DNA from: Thermodesulfobacterium commune DSM 2178
Lineage (GTDB): Bacteria; Desulfobacterota; Thermodesulfobacteria; Thermodesulfobacteriales; Thermodesulfobacteriaceae
Assembly: GCF_000734015.1 (NCBI RefSeq)
Contig: NZ_CP008796.1
Span: 240,001-272,000, forward strand
DNA: 32,000 nucleotides
Direction: 5' to 3'
Below the pieces are notes generated by a model that was not told the DNA's origin, did not search any database, and saw nothing but the letters and a program-made list of their open reading frames with translations. This document shows, piece by piece, positions 8,301-17,078 of this stretch (positions are counted from its first letter, which is position 1; each line of letters begins with the position of its first letter). The position numbers were made by a program, and so were the translations under genes.

Positions 8301-9143
8301 ATGGCTCACATTACGATGAAGCAGCTTTTGGAAGCTGGTGTTCATTTTGGACATCAGACCCGTCGTTGGAATCCAAAGATGAAGCCTTTCATCTTTGGGG
8401 AAAGAAACGGGATCCATATCATCGACCTTCAACAAACCCTTAAGTATTTTGAGATTGCCTACGAGTTTGTGGTAAATTTAGTAGCAGAAGGTGGAAAACT
8501 TCTTTTTGTAGGCACCAAAAAACAGGCACAAGACACCATCAGAGAAGAGGCAGAAAGATGTGGGATGTATTATGTGAACTATCGTTGGCTTGGTGGTACT
8601 CTTACCAACTTTAGGACTATAAGACAGAGTGTGGAAAAGTTAAAAAGGATTGAGTCCTGGTTCGAAGATGGAACGATAGAGAGATTTCCTAAAAAAGAAA
8701 GATTAAAACTTGAGCGTTTAAAAAACAAGCTTGAGAGGAACTTAAAAGGTATTAAAGATATGGAAACCCTTCCTCAGGCGCTGTTTGTGGTAGACCCAGT
8801 CCATGAGGAAATTGCGGTAAAAGAAGCCAGAAAACTTGGTATTCCTATAGTAGCCATCGTTGATACCAACTGTGACCCGGATTTAATAGACTATATCATT
8901 CCTGGAAATGACGATGCTATAAGGGCAGTCAAACTTATTACCGGAAAGATCGCTGATGCTTGCCTGGAGGGTTTAGAGATCTATAAAGAAAAGGTGGCTG
9001 CTCAAACAGACAAAGAGTTAAGTTTAGAGGAAGAATTTTTAAAGAGAGATGAAGAGGCTGCGGCTGAGGCTATTTTAGAAGAGATACTTGCAGAAGAAAA
9101 GAAAGAAGCTGAATTTGAAGAACTTGCTAAAAACATAGATTAA
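8301..9143 (+). CDS. rpsB: 30S ribosomal protein S2
   Basis: Begins [43 protein letters not shown] lies upstream. Confidence 0.97.
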   Translation: MAHITMKQLLEAGVHFGHQTRRWNPKMKPFIFGERNGIHIIDLQQTLKYFEIAYEFVVNLVAEGGKLLFVGTKKQAQDTIREEAERCGMYYVNYRWLGGTLTNFRTIRQSVEKLKRIESWFEDGTIERFPKKERLKLERLKNKLERNLKGIKDMETLPQALFVVDPVHEEIAVKEARKLGIPIVAIVDTNCDPDLIDYIIPGNDDAIRAVKLITGKIADACLEGLEIYKEKVAAQTDKELSLEEEFLKRDEEAAAEAILEEILAEEKKEAEFEELAKNID

Positions 9144-9162
9144 AAAAAGGAGGTTTTACAAG

Positions 9163-9759
9163 ATGGCTCAGATTAGTATAGACCTTATAAAACAGCTTAG
9201 AGAAAGGACTGCTGCTGGTTTTTCTGATTGTAAAAAAGCCTTGGAAGAGGCAGGAGGAGACATAGAAAAGGCAATAGACATTTTGAGGAAAAAGGGTCTT
9301 GCTATCGCCGCTAAAAGAGCCGGTAAGGCAACCACTGAAGGGGTGGTAGCTGCTTATATTCACAGCAACAAAAAAATCGGTGTGCTTGTTGAGGTAAATT
9401 GTGAGACAGATTTTGTGGCAAGAACCGAGGAGTTTCAACAGTTTGCCCATGACATAGCTATGCAGATTGCTGCCACCAACCCTATAGCTGTCACCAGAGA
9501 AGAGGTGCCTCAGGAAGTAATCGAGAGAGAAAAGAAAATCTATGAAGAGCAGGTAAGAGAAAGCGGAAAGCCTGAAAACGTAATTCCTAAGATTGTAGAA
9601 GGTAAGATGGAAAAGTTTTATAAAGAAAACGTACTTTTAGAACAGGCTTTTATCAAAAACCCAGAGATTACCATCCAGGACCTTTTAAACGAGTTGATAG
9701 CCAAAACTGGAGAGAAGATAGTTATCAAAAGATTTGCCAGGTTTCAGATAGGAGAATAG
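9163..9759 (+). CDS. tsf: Translation elongation factor Ts
   Basis: Contains [38 protein letters not shown] (the UBA-like N-terminus of EF-Ts). This is the short, 198-aa form. AAGGAGG SD is present. Confidence 0.96.
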   Translation: MAQISIDLIKQLRERTAAGFSDCKKALEEAGGDIEKAIDILRKKGLAIAAKRAGKATTEGVVAAYIHSNKKIGVLVEVNCETDFVARTEEFQQFAHDIAMQIAATNPIAVTREEVPQEVIEREKKIYEEQVRESGKPENVIPKIVEGKMEKFYKENVLLEQAFIKNPEITIQDLLNELIAKTGEKIVIKRFARFQIGE

Positions 9760-9760
9760 G

Positions 9761-10477
9761 GTGACTGAACTAAAGTATAGGAGAGTGCTTCTTAAGATTT
9801 CGGGAGAGGCTCTCCTTGGAAGCAAATCTTTTGGTATAGATGCTAAGGTGATCAACCAGATAGCAGAGGAGTTAAAAGAGGTTTATCAGTATGGTCTTGA
9901 AATAGGTATAGTGATAGGAGGAGGGAACATCTTTCGAGGGATAGCCGGAGAAAAGCAGGGGATGGATCGAGCCCGTGCAGACTACATGGGGATGCTTGCA
10001 ACCCTTATCAACGCTTTAGCCCTACAGGATGCCCTAGAAGCGCAGGGGATATCCTGCAGGGTGATGTCTGCTCTTGAAGTTATAGAGGTGGCAGAACCTT
10101 ACATAAGAGAAAAGGCTATCAGGCATCTTGAAAAAGGTAGGGTACTTATTCTTGCCTGTGGCACCGGAAATCCTTTCTTTACCACCGATACCGCAGCAGT
10201 GCTAAGGGCTCTTGAGCTTAAGTGTGAGGTCCTTTTTAAGGCTACCAAGGTAGATGGTGTCTACGATAAAGACCCAAAAAAACATCCTGATGCTAAGAAG
10301 TTTGACGAACTTACCTTTGACGAGGCTTTGCATAAGAGGCTTAAAGTGATGGATGCTACAGCTTTTTCCTTAGCTAGAGACTATAAACTTCCTATTCTGG
10401 TTTTTAACCTTTTAAACTACGGGAATATTAAAAAAGCAGTTTTAGGAGAAAGTGTAGGAACTTACATCAAAGCTTAA
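9761..10477 (+). CDS. pyrH: UMP kinase
   Basis: GTG start. Contains [21 protein letters not shown] and VDGVYDKDP. Confidence 0.95.
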   Translation: MTELKYRRVLLKISGEALLGSKSFGIDAKVINQIAEELKEVYQYGLEIGIVIGGGNIFRGIAGEKQGMDRARADYMGMLATLINALALQDALEAQGISCRVMSALEVIEVAEPYIREKAIRHLEKGRVLILACGTGNPFFTTDTAAVLRALELKCEVLFKATKVDGVYDKDPKKHPDAKKFDELTFDEALHKRLKVMDATAFSLARDYKLPILVFNLLNYGNIKKAVLGESVGTYIKA

Positions 10478-10483
10478 AAGGAG

Positions 10484-11047
10484 GTGAGGTCTGTGAACCA
10501 AGCCTTAGAAGATGCGAAAAACAGAATGGAAAAGGCAGTTAAAAACCTTAAAGAAGAGTTTTCCCATTTAAGGACTTCCAGGGCTTCGTTAGCTTTATTA
10601 GAGGGTATCAAAGTGGATTGCTATGGGACAAAGATGGCTATTCCTCAGATAGCAACCGTTAATATTATCGAAGGGAAAACCATAGTTATTCAACCCTGGG
10701 ACGCAAGTTTGGTAAAAGAGATAGAGAAGGCTATCCAAAAATCTGACCTTGGGATCAATCCTACCTCAGACGGAAAAACCATCAAACTTGTGATGCCACC
10801 TCTTACCGAAGAAAGAAGAAAGGAACTGGTAAAGATAGCTAACAAGCTGGCTGAAGAGGCTCGCATTGCCATAAGAAATATCAGAAGGGATGTGCTCGAA
10901 AAGTTTAAAGCCGCTAAAAAGAAAGGAGAGATCTCAGAGGACGACTACACTCAACTTGAAAAGAAGGTGCAAAAACTTACAGACGATTACATCAAAAAGG
11001 TAGACACCGTTTTAAAAGATAAAGAAAAAGAGATTCTCTCCGTATAA
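10484..11047 (+). CDS. frr: Ribosome recycling factor
   Basis: Full-length Frr-like sequence (HLRTSRASLALLEGIKVDCYG, PPLTEERRKELVK). The tracked GTG at 10484 overlaps the AAGGAGG SD (10478-10484), so the GTG at 10493, 8 nt after the SD, is the more likely true start. Confidence 0.94.
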   Translation: MRSVNQALEDAKNRMEKAVKNLKEEFSHLRTSRASLALLEGIKVDCYGTKMAIPQIATVNIIEGKTIVIQPWDASLVKEIEKAIQKSDLGINPTSDGKTIKLVMPPLTEERRKELVKIANKLAEEARIAIRNIRRDVLEKFKAAKKKGEISEDDYTQLEKKVQKLTDDYIKKVDTVLKDKEKEILSV

Positions 11048-11051
11048 CCCG

Positions 11052-11789
11052 ATGGCTTTTTCTTCATTTTCTTTAGATTTTTCTAAACTTCCCCAGCATG
11101 TTGCTATCATCATGGATGGTAACGGTCGATGGGCTAAAAAGCACGGATTTCCTCGTTTTTATGGCCATCAAAAAGGGGCAGAAACCGCTAAAAAAGTAAT
11201 AGAAAAAACCTATGAACTAAAAATACCTTATCTAACCCTTTTTGCCTTTTCTAAAGAAAACTGGAAGCGCCCTAAGGAAGAAGTAGAAGCTATTTTAGAA
11301 CTTTTTAAGATGTATCTTACCAAGGAGAAACAGTTTTTAATAGAAAAAGGTATTCGTTTAAAGATAATAGGTGATCGGGAAGATTTTTCTCAGGATTTAG
11401 TGGAGTTGATAGAAGAGATAGAGGAAGAAACCAAAAATAACTCTGAGCTTACTTTGTGTTTAGCTTTAAGTTATGGAGGGAGGTCGGAGATTTTAAAAGC
11501 TGTGAAAGAGATATCCAACAAGGTCAAACAAGGCCTGTTAGACCCAGAAAACATAGACGAAAAGGTATTTAGAGAACATCTTTATACCAAAGACATACCT
11601 GATCCAGACCTCCTTATCCGCACAAGCGGAGAAGAAAGGCTCTCTAATTTTTTACTTTTTCAGATAGCCTATACTGAACTTTATTTTACCCCTGTTTATT
11701 GGCCCGAATTTACCGAAGAAGAATACCTAAAGGCGCTTTGGTCTTATCAACAGAGAGAAAGAAGGTTTGGCGGTGTTTGTGAATTTTAA
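11052..11789 (+). CDS. uppS: Undecaprenyl (di-trans,poly-cis-decaprenyl) diphosphate synthase
   Basis: Contains HVAIIMDGNGRWA, LTLFAFSKENWKRP and RTSGEERLSNFLLFQIAYTELYF. Confidence 0.95.
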   Translation: MAFSSFSLDFSKLPQHVAIIMDGNGRWAKKHGFPRFYGHQKGAETAKKVIEKTYELKIPYLTLFAFSKENWKRPKEEVEAILELFKMYLTKEKQFLIEKGIRLKIIGDREDFSQDLVELIEEIEEETKNNSELTLCLALSYGGRSEILKAVKEISNKVKQGLLDPENIDEKVFREHLYTKDIPDPDLLIRTSGEERLSNFLLFQIAYTELYFTPVYWPEFTEEEYLKALWSYQQRERRFGGVCEF

Positions 11790-12555
11790 ACGTGTGGTTA
11801 CGGCATTAGTTCTTTTTCCTCTTCTGGTGGTTGTTTTAATCAAAGGCCCTTATCAATTACTTATAACTTTGGTAGGTTTGTCTGGCTTAATCTGCCTATA
11901 TGAATGGACAAGGCTTTATGACCTAAGGTTTTCTTGGTTTTTAGGCTTGTCTATTTTATGGTTCTTTGGATTGTTAAGCCTTCTTTGGTTAAGAGACCCT
12001 TTGATGGTTTTTTACATGTTTTTGATTTTTCCTTTTTTACCTTTTCTTAAGGATTATGAAAAAGATAGATTTGCTAAAGAGTTTTTTCCGGCAGTTTTAG
12101 GTCTTATTTATGTAGGGATAGGGCTTTACCCTTTTTTAGAAATTATAAGTTTTTTTAGTAGGGAACATCTGGTTTATTTTTTTTTGGTAGTTTTTGCTAA
12201 TGATACTGGAGCTTATCTAACAGGAAAACTCATAGGAAAAAGACTCCTTGTACCCACGCTCTCTCCTAAAAAAACATGGGAGGGATTTATAGGAGGAATA
12301 TTGTTAGGGGTTGGGGTAAGTGTTTTTTGTAATTACTTCTTTAAAATTTTTAGTTTTGAGATAAATCTCTTAACAGGTGTACTTTTGTGCTTGTCTGGGG
12401 TGGTAGGTGACCTTTTAGAGTCTGCGTTTAAAAGGATGGTAGGTAAAAAGGATTCAGGGAAAATTATTTGGGGACATGGTGGCCTTCTTGACAGGATCGA
12501 TGGGGTTATGATAGCCTCTCCTGTCTATCTTTTCTGGCTAAAATTTATAACCTAA
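11767..12555 (+). CDS. cdsA: Phosphatidate cytidylyltransferase
   Basis: Polytopic membrane protein with the CdsA C-terminal signature (SPKKTWEGFIGG, ESAFKR, KDSG, GHGGLLDRIDG). The start is ambiguous: TTG at 11767, or GTG at 11773 or 11779. Confidence 0.9.
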   Translation: MAVFVNFKRVVTALVLFPLLVVVLIKGPYQLLITLVGLSGLICLYEWTRLYDLRFSWFLGLSILWFFGLLSLLWLRDPLMVFYMFLIFPFLPFLKDYEKDRFAKEFFPAVLGLIYVGIGLYPFLEIISFFSREHLVYFFLVVFANDTGAYLTGKLIGKRLLVPTLSPKKTWEGFIGGILLGVGVSVFCNYFFKIFSFEINLLTGVLLCLSGVVGDLLESAFKRMVGKKDSGKIIWGHGGLLDRIDGVMIASPVYLFWLKFIT

Positions 12556-12566
12556 ACCTTTAAGCG

Positions 12567-13178
12567 ATGCTTTCGGTAAAAGATTGTTATTCTCTTTTAA
12601 AAAAAGAAGGAGTTCCTCCTCATATCATCAGACATTCTGAAAAGGTAGCTTTACTTTCGGTATTTTTAGGATGTAGATTAAAAAAAGAAGGTAAGGCAAA
12701 TCTTGAGATCCCTTTACTGATCGCAGGGGCTTTACTTCATGACATCAAAAAATACGAAGCTATTTTAAAAGGAACTAACCATGCTATAGCAGGTTATAGG
12801 TTTTTAAAAAGTTTAGGCTATCCTCAAATAGCTTCTATCATAAAATCCCATGTATATTTAGACCTTAGTACCCTAAAAGGTCCGATAACCGAAGAGGAGA
12901 TCGTTTATTATACAGACAAAAGGGTAAAACATGAAGAGATAGTTTGCCTTAAAGAAAGGTTTTCTGACCTTAAGATAAGATATGGTAAAACCCTTTCTTC
13001 TCAGGTTAGGATTTACTTTTTAGAAAAGCTTTCTTATGTGATAGAGGATAGGATTTTTAAAGGTTTAAGTTTTGGTCCTGAACAACTTTTAACCTTAGAA
13101 AAACTTGACAAGGAGGCAAGGGATGTGTTCGAAGTCTGTTTTAAGGGTTGCTCTAATTGCAGGGGGGAGGTCTTCTGA
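12567..13178 (+). CDS. HD-domain phosphohydrolase family protein
   Basis: 203 aa with H...HD metal-binding motifs (IIRHSEKVA, GALLHDIKK). Its 3' end overlaps the ddl start by about 56 nt. Confidence 0.75.
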   Translation: MLSVKDCYSLLKKEGVPPHIIRHSEKVALLSVFLGCRLKKEGKANLEIPLLIAGALLHDIKKYEAILKGTNHAIAGYRFLKSLGYPQIASIIKSHVYLDLSTLKGPITEEEIVYYTDKRVKHEEIVCLKERFSDLKIRYGKTLSSQVRIYFLEKLSYVIEDRIFKGLSFGPEQLLTLEKLDKEARDVFEVCFKGCSNCRGEVF

Positions 13179-14058
13179 AAGGGAGGTTTCTCTTAAAGGA
13201 GCCCAAGCAGTAAAGAAGGCTTTAGAGACTTTAGGACATAGATGGGAGTTTTTTGACCCAGCAACCGACCTTTTGGCTTTGATGCAGAGGGCTAAAGAGT
13301 TTGATTGTGCCTTTTTGGTAGTACATGGACCTGGGGGAGAAGATGGAACCTTGCAGGGTTTTTTAGATTCTATAGGTCTTCCTTATCAGGGGGCAGGAGT
13401 TTTGGGGAGCGCCCTTGCCATGCATAAAGGTTTAGCCAAACAACTCTATCGTTTAGCAGGGCTTAAAATTCCAGAAGGACGCTCTTTTACCAAGGAAGAA
13501 AGTTTTGAAAAAGCAAGAGATTTTGCTAAATCGTTAGGATATCCTGTGGTGGTAAAACCCGCAACGCAAGGTTCAAGTATCGGTTTAACCATAGTTAAAC
13601 AGGAAAAAGATTTGTCTGAGGCCTTAGAAAAGGCCTATGCTGTCGATAACGAAATACTGATAGAAGAGTATTTGAAAGGGCGAGAAATCACGGTAGGAAT
13701 CTTAGATGACAAGCCCTTACCTGTGGTCGAAATCGTGCCTAAGGCTTCTGAAACTTTTGATTATACTACCAAATACACCCCAGGACTGGCAGAAGAAATT
13801 TGCCCCGCACCTATAGGAGAAGAGCTGACAAAAAAAGCGCAAAACTATGGCTTGATAGCACACAACTGCCTCAAACTAAGACATTATAGCCGAACAGACA
13901 TGATCATAAAGGACCAAGAAATTTATGTTTTAGAAACTAATACCATCCCTGGTATGACAGAAACAAGCCTTTTACCTCTTGCTGCTAAAGTAGCAGGCTA
14001 TACCTTTGAAAGTTTAATTCAAAAACTGTTAGAATTAGCCTTAAGAGAAAGGCGTTAA
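13123..14058 (+). CDS. ddl: D-alanine--D-alanine ligase
   Basis: ATP-grasp Ddl sequence (LRVALIAGGRSSEREVSL, HGPGGEDGTLQG, VLETNTIPGMTETSL). I chose the ATG at 13123 because AGGAGG (13111-13116) lies 6 nt upstream. The tracked TTG at 13105 is less likely. Confidence 0.93.
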   Translation: MCSKSVLRVALIAGGRSSEREVSLKGAQAVKKALETLGHRWEFFDPATDLLALMQRAKEFDCAFLVVHGPGGEDGTLQGFLDSIGLPYQGAGVLGSALAMHKGLAKQLYRLAGLKIPEGRSFTKEESFEKARDFAKSLGYPVVVKPATQGSSIGLTIVKQEKDLSEALEKAYAVDNEILIEEYLKGREITVGILDDKPLPVVEIVPKASETFDYTTKYTPGLAEEICPAPIGEELTKKAQNYGLIAHNCLKLRHYSRTDMIIKDQEIYVLETNTIPGMTETSLLPLAAKVAGYTFESLIQKLLELALRERR

Positions 14059-14444
14059 GAATAAAAGCCTTTTTTTATTTTCTGGGCTTCTACCCCAAGG
14101 AGAAAGGCCCAGTCTTTGATAAATTTTTTGGTATAAGACTCAGGTAAAGAGGAGACAATCTTATCTATCTCCATCGCTTGCGAAAGTAAGAAGTCTCCTA
14201 TAGTTTCTGCTTTTGAAGAAGATAAAGAGGTGTTTACCATACTTTCTAAGATTTCTAGAGTTTGCTCTATTTTGTTAAAAGCCATCTGGGTTTTCTCTTC
14301 TTGGGTCTTTTGTAAAAACTCCTGTGTTTCTAATTCGGAAAGAGCTACCTTTAGATATTCGGCGAAGGAGCTGTCCCCTCCTTCTACCTTTTCAGGTTTT
14401 ATGGTAAAATTAAAAAAAGCTAAGTTTTTATTTTCTATTTTCAT
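14055..14444 (-). CDS. Hypothetical protein
   Basis: 129-aa ORF that is not low-complexity. It has an AAGGAG SD 7 nt upstream and a good minus-strand promoter. I recognise no family. It overlaps the ddl stop by 4 nt. Confidence 0.5.
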   Translation of the reverse strand: MKIENKNLAFFNFTIKPEKVEGGDSSFAEYLKVALSELETQEFLQKTQEEKTQMAFNKIEQTLEILESMVNTSLSSSKAETIGDFLLSQAMEIDKIVSSLPESYTKKFIKDWAFLLGVEAQKIKKGFYS

Positions 14445-14457
14445 AAGGAGGCTCCTT

Positions 14458-14871
14458 ATGCTTAGTTATTTTTATTTTAGATGTAAAATCGGAAAAAATC
14501 AAGAAACCTTTAGTCAGATGATTTTTAAAAAATTAGGGTTGGCTTTGGTGATTTTAGGATTAGGGTTAAACCTTGGAGGATGTGGTTGGGTATTGGTGGG
14601 TGGTGGAGTTGCGGCAGGATATAAGGTGGCTACTGATCCAAGGAGTGTCGGTACACAGATAGATGATGCCAAGATCACCGCTAAGATCAAAATGAAACTT
14701 ATAGAAGATAAAGATCTAAAAGCTTTTTCTATAGATGTAGATACGGTAAACGGTGTGGTAACCCTTACCGGGGTGGTAGAAAACGAATATCAGAGGTCTA
14801 AAGCAGTAGCTATAGCTAAAAGTGTACCAGGGGTTAAGACCATAATAAACAACCTGCAGATAAAACATTAA
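14458..14871 (+). CDS. BON-domain lipoprotein (OsmY-like)
   Basis: A lipoprotein signal (MIFKKLGLALVILGLGLNLGGC) is followed by a BON domain (DDAKITAKIKMKL, VDTVNGVVTLTGVV, KSVPGVKTIINNLQI). The ATG at 14458 has an AAGGAGG SD, but the ATG at 14518 gives a canonical-length signal peptide, so the start is uncertain. The tracked 14230 start is a shadow of the opposite-strand gene. Confidence 0.8.
   Translation: MLSYFYFRCKIGKNQETFSQMIFKKLGLALVILGLGLNLGGCGWVLVGGGVAAGYKVATDPRSVGTQIDDAKITAKIKMKLIEDKDLKAFSIDVDTVNGVVTLTGVVENEYQRSKAVAIAKSVPGVKTIINNLQIKH
14474..14502 (-). promoter_or_regulatory. Putative sigma70-type promoter for the 129-aa minus-strand ORF
   Basis: The minus strand reads TTGATT (14502-14497), a 17-nt spacer, then TAAAAT (14479-14474), about 30 nt upstream of the ATG at 14444. 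Confidence 0.45.
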
Positions 14872-15791
14872 ATACGGTTAAAATTTTTCCCTTGATAAAG
14901 CTGGTTGGTTTGCATAAATTTTTGAATCTGAGATACTACCTCGTGTTTTTGGGCAACCCAGAGAGGTGCAACCAAATCTTCTTTTCGCGTTTCTGAGCAG
15001 AGTCTATGGATCACCGTTGTTTCTGGAAGATAGGTTAAAGCTTCTGCTACCAAAGAAACGTACTCCTCTTTCTCTAAAAGGGTGTATTTTTGTTGACGAT
15101 ACCAATTTTCGAGTTGAGAACCTTTAGGTATGTATAAGGCGTGAAATTTAATTCCGTCAACCTGAAGTTTACCAAGGGTTTTTACTGTTTCTAACATCAT
15201 TTCTCTGGTTTCTCCAGGTAACCCAAAGATGATATGTACCACCACCGGTATACCAAACTTTTTTAACAGATGATAGGCTTCTAAGAAATCTTCAAAGGTA
15301 TGACCTCTATTTATTTTTTGTAAGGTCTCGTTATGGATGGTTTGTAATCCAAGCTCTACCCATACATAGTAACCCAAATCTATGTAGTTAAGTAAAAGTT
15401 TGATTATCTCTTCGTTTACACAATCAGGGCGAGTCCCTATCGCCATCCCTACGATGGAACTATCTAAAAACAAGACGTCATAAAGTCTTTTAAGGGTTTG
15501 AGGGTCTGCGTAGGTATTACTAAACGACTGGAAGTAAGCGATAAACTTATTAAATCCTTTAGGTTTATAGAGATTTAAGAAGTATAAAACCTGTTCTTCT
15601 AGGGTTTTACCTTGGGCATAAAGCCCGGTTCCAGACCCTTTGGCATCACAGTAAATACATCCTCCATATCCTTTGGTCCCATCACGGTTAGGACAGGTAA
15701 GCCCAGCATCTAAGGGGATTTTTTTTACCTTTTCTCCAAATTTTTCTTTTAAAAAGGAGTTTAGCGACCTGTAAAGAACTAAGTTTTTCAT
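14868..15791 (-). CDS. Radical SAM protein, TIGR01212 (YhcC-like) family
   Basis: 307 aa with KIPLDAGLTCPNRDGTKGYGGCIYCD, the atypical cluster spacing of this family, and a TIM-barrel radical-SAM core. Confidence 0.87.
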   Translation of the reverse strand: MKNLVLYRSLNSFLKEKFGEKVKKIPLDAGLTCPNRDGTKGYGGCIYCDAKGSGTGLYAQGKTLEEQVLYFLNLYKPKGFNKFIAYFQSFSNTYADPQTLKRLYDVLFLDSSIVGMAIGTRPDCVNEEIIKLLLNYIDLGYYVWVELGLQTIHNETLQKINRGHTFEDFLEAYHLLKKFGIPVVVHIIFGLPGETREMMLETVKTLGKLQVDGIKFHALYIPKGSQLENWYRQQKYTLLEKEEYVSLVAEALTYLPETTVIHRLCSETRKEDLVAPLWVAQKHEVVSQIQKFMQTNQLYQGKNFNRI

Positions 15792-15798
15792 GGTTTAA

Positions 15799-15826
15799 AT
15801 AATAGGGTTTTTTTGTTTTTTTTCAA
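15799..15826 (-). promoter_or_regulatory. Putative promoter of the TIGR01212 gene, in leaderless geometry
   Basis: The minus strand reads TTGAAA (15826-15821), 16 nt, then TATTAT (15804-15799), then 7 nt (TTAAACC) to the ATG at 15791. No SD is present. Confidence 0.45.
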
Positions 15827-15844
15827 CTGAAAAAAACGCAAGCC

Positions 15845-15872
15845 TTGACTAAAGAAAAAACTTAATTAATTT
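15845..15872 (+). promoter_or_regulatory. Putative promoter of the lhgO-like gene, in leaderless geometry
   Basis: TTGACT (15845-15850), 16 nt, then TAATTT (15867-15872), then 6 nt (AAGCTT) to the ATG at 15879. No SD is present. Confidence 0.4.
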
Positions 15873-15878
15873 AAGCTT

Positions 15879-17072
15879 ATGCCAAAAATAAAGACAGATT
15901 TTCTTATCATCGGAGCAGGCATCGTTGGACTTGCTTTGGCTTTAAAATTAAAAACGCGTTTTCCAGAAAAAGAAATCATTGTCTTAGAAAAAGAAGAGAC
16001 ACTGGGGGCTCATAGTAGTGGAAGAAATAGTGGGGTGCTTCATGCAGGTTTTTACTACTATCCAGATTCGCTAAAGGCTAAATTCACCAAAAAGGGTAAC
16101 GAAGAACTTACTCGTTATTGCGAGGCCAAAGGCCTTAGTATTAAAAAATGTGGAAAGGTAGTAGTAACTAAATCTGAAGAAGACCTTCCTACCCTTTATG
16201 AACTAAAAAGAAGGGGTGAGGCTAACGGAGTAGAAGTTTATCTGATAGATGAAAAAGAACTTAAAGAAATCGAACCTAACGCAAGAACCTTTCAGTTAGC
16301 CCTTTGGAGTCCTACCACCTCTACCGTAAACCCGATAGAGATCCTACATGCTTTTAAAACAGACCTAGAGGCAGAAGGAGTAAGGTTTTTCTTTAAAACC
16401 CCTTATCAAAAAAGACTTGGTGAAAATACCGTTTTAGCAGGAGACCTTGTTTTTTCTGCAGAAAAAATCATCAACGCAGCCGGTCTTTATGCGGATAAGA
16501 TAGCCAAAGACTTTGGTTTTGGTAAAGACTACGTTATCTTACCTTTCAAAGGACTTTATCTGGAATATACAGGCAATTCTCAGTTTATCTCGAGAAACAT
16601 CTATCCCACACCAAATCTAAAAAATCCCTTTTTAGGTGTTCATTTTACGATAAAAGTTGACGGTACCATTAAAATAGGCCCTACGGCTACCCCTTGTTTT
16701 TCGAGAGAAAACTATCAGATTTTTTCTAACCTAAGGTTTTCTGAGTTGGTTGAAATTACAGGTTATTTAGGCTTGCTCTTTTTTAAAAATCCTAAGTTTA
16801 GAAGTCTTGCCTGGGATGAGTTGAAGAAATATCACAGGAATTATCTGATAAAGGAGGCTAAAAAGTTGGTCTATCAAATGGATGAAAAAGGTTTTAACAG
16901 ATGGGGCAAGCCAGGGATAAGAGCTCAACTTTTAAACAAGAATACTTTGGAATTAGTTCAGGATTTTGTGATAGAAGGGGACAAACATAGCCTTCATATT
17001 TTAAATGCCGTTTCTCCAGCCTTTACAGCCTGTCTTCCTTTTGCAGAATATGTAGTAACTCGATTTTTTTAG
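15879..17072 (+). CDS. FAD-dependent oxidoreductase, L-2-hydroxyglutarate oxidase (LhgO)-like
   Basis: 397 aa with an N-terminal dinucleotide fold (DFLIIGAGIVGLALA) and SGRNSGVLHAG. The length and layout match the DAO/LhgO family. Confidence 0.82.
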   Translation: MPKIKTDFLIIGAGIVGLALALKLKTRFPEKEIIVLEKEETLGAHSSGRNSGVLHAGFYYYPDSLKAKFTKKGNEELTRYCEAKGLSIKKCGKVVVTKSEEDLPTLYELKRRGEANGVEVYLIDEKELKEIEPNARTFQLALWSPTTSTVNPIEILHAFKTDLEAEGVRFFFKTPYQKRLGENTVLAGDLVFSAEKIINAAGLYADKIAKDFGFGKDYVILPFKGLYLEYTGNSQFISRNIYPTPNLKNPFLGVHFTIKVDGTIKIGPTATPCFSRENYQIFSNLRFSELVEITGYLGLLFFKNPKFRSLAWDELKKYHRNYLIKEAKKLVYQMDEKGFNRWGKPGIRAQLLNKNTLELVQDFVIEGDKHSLHILNAVSPAFTACLPFAEYVVTRFF

Positions 17073-17078
17073 AGAAAA

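Noticed and set aside
14230-14457. The N-terminal 76-96 codons of the tracked 213-aa plus-strand ORF
   Set aside because: This part overlaps the 129-aa minus-strand ORF almost completely and has a Cys/Ser/Phe-rich junk-like sequence. The recognisable lipoprotein signal and BON domain begin only after 14458/14518.
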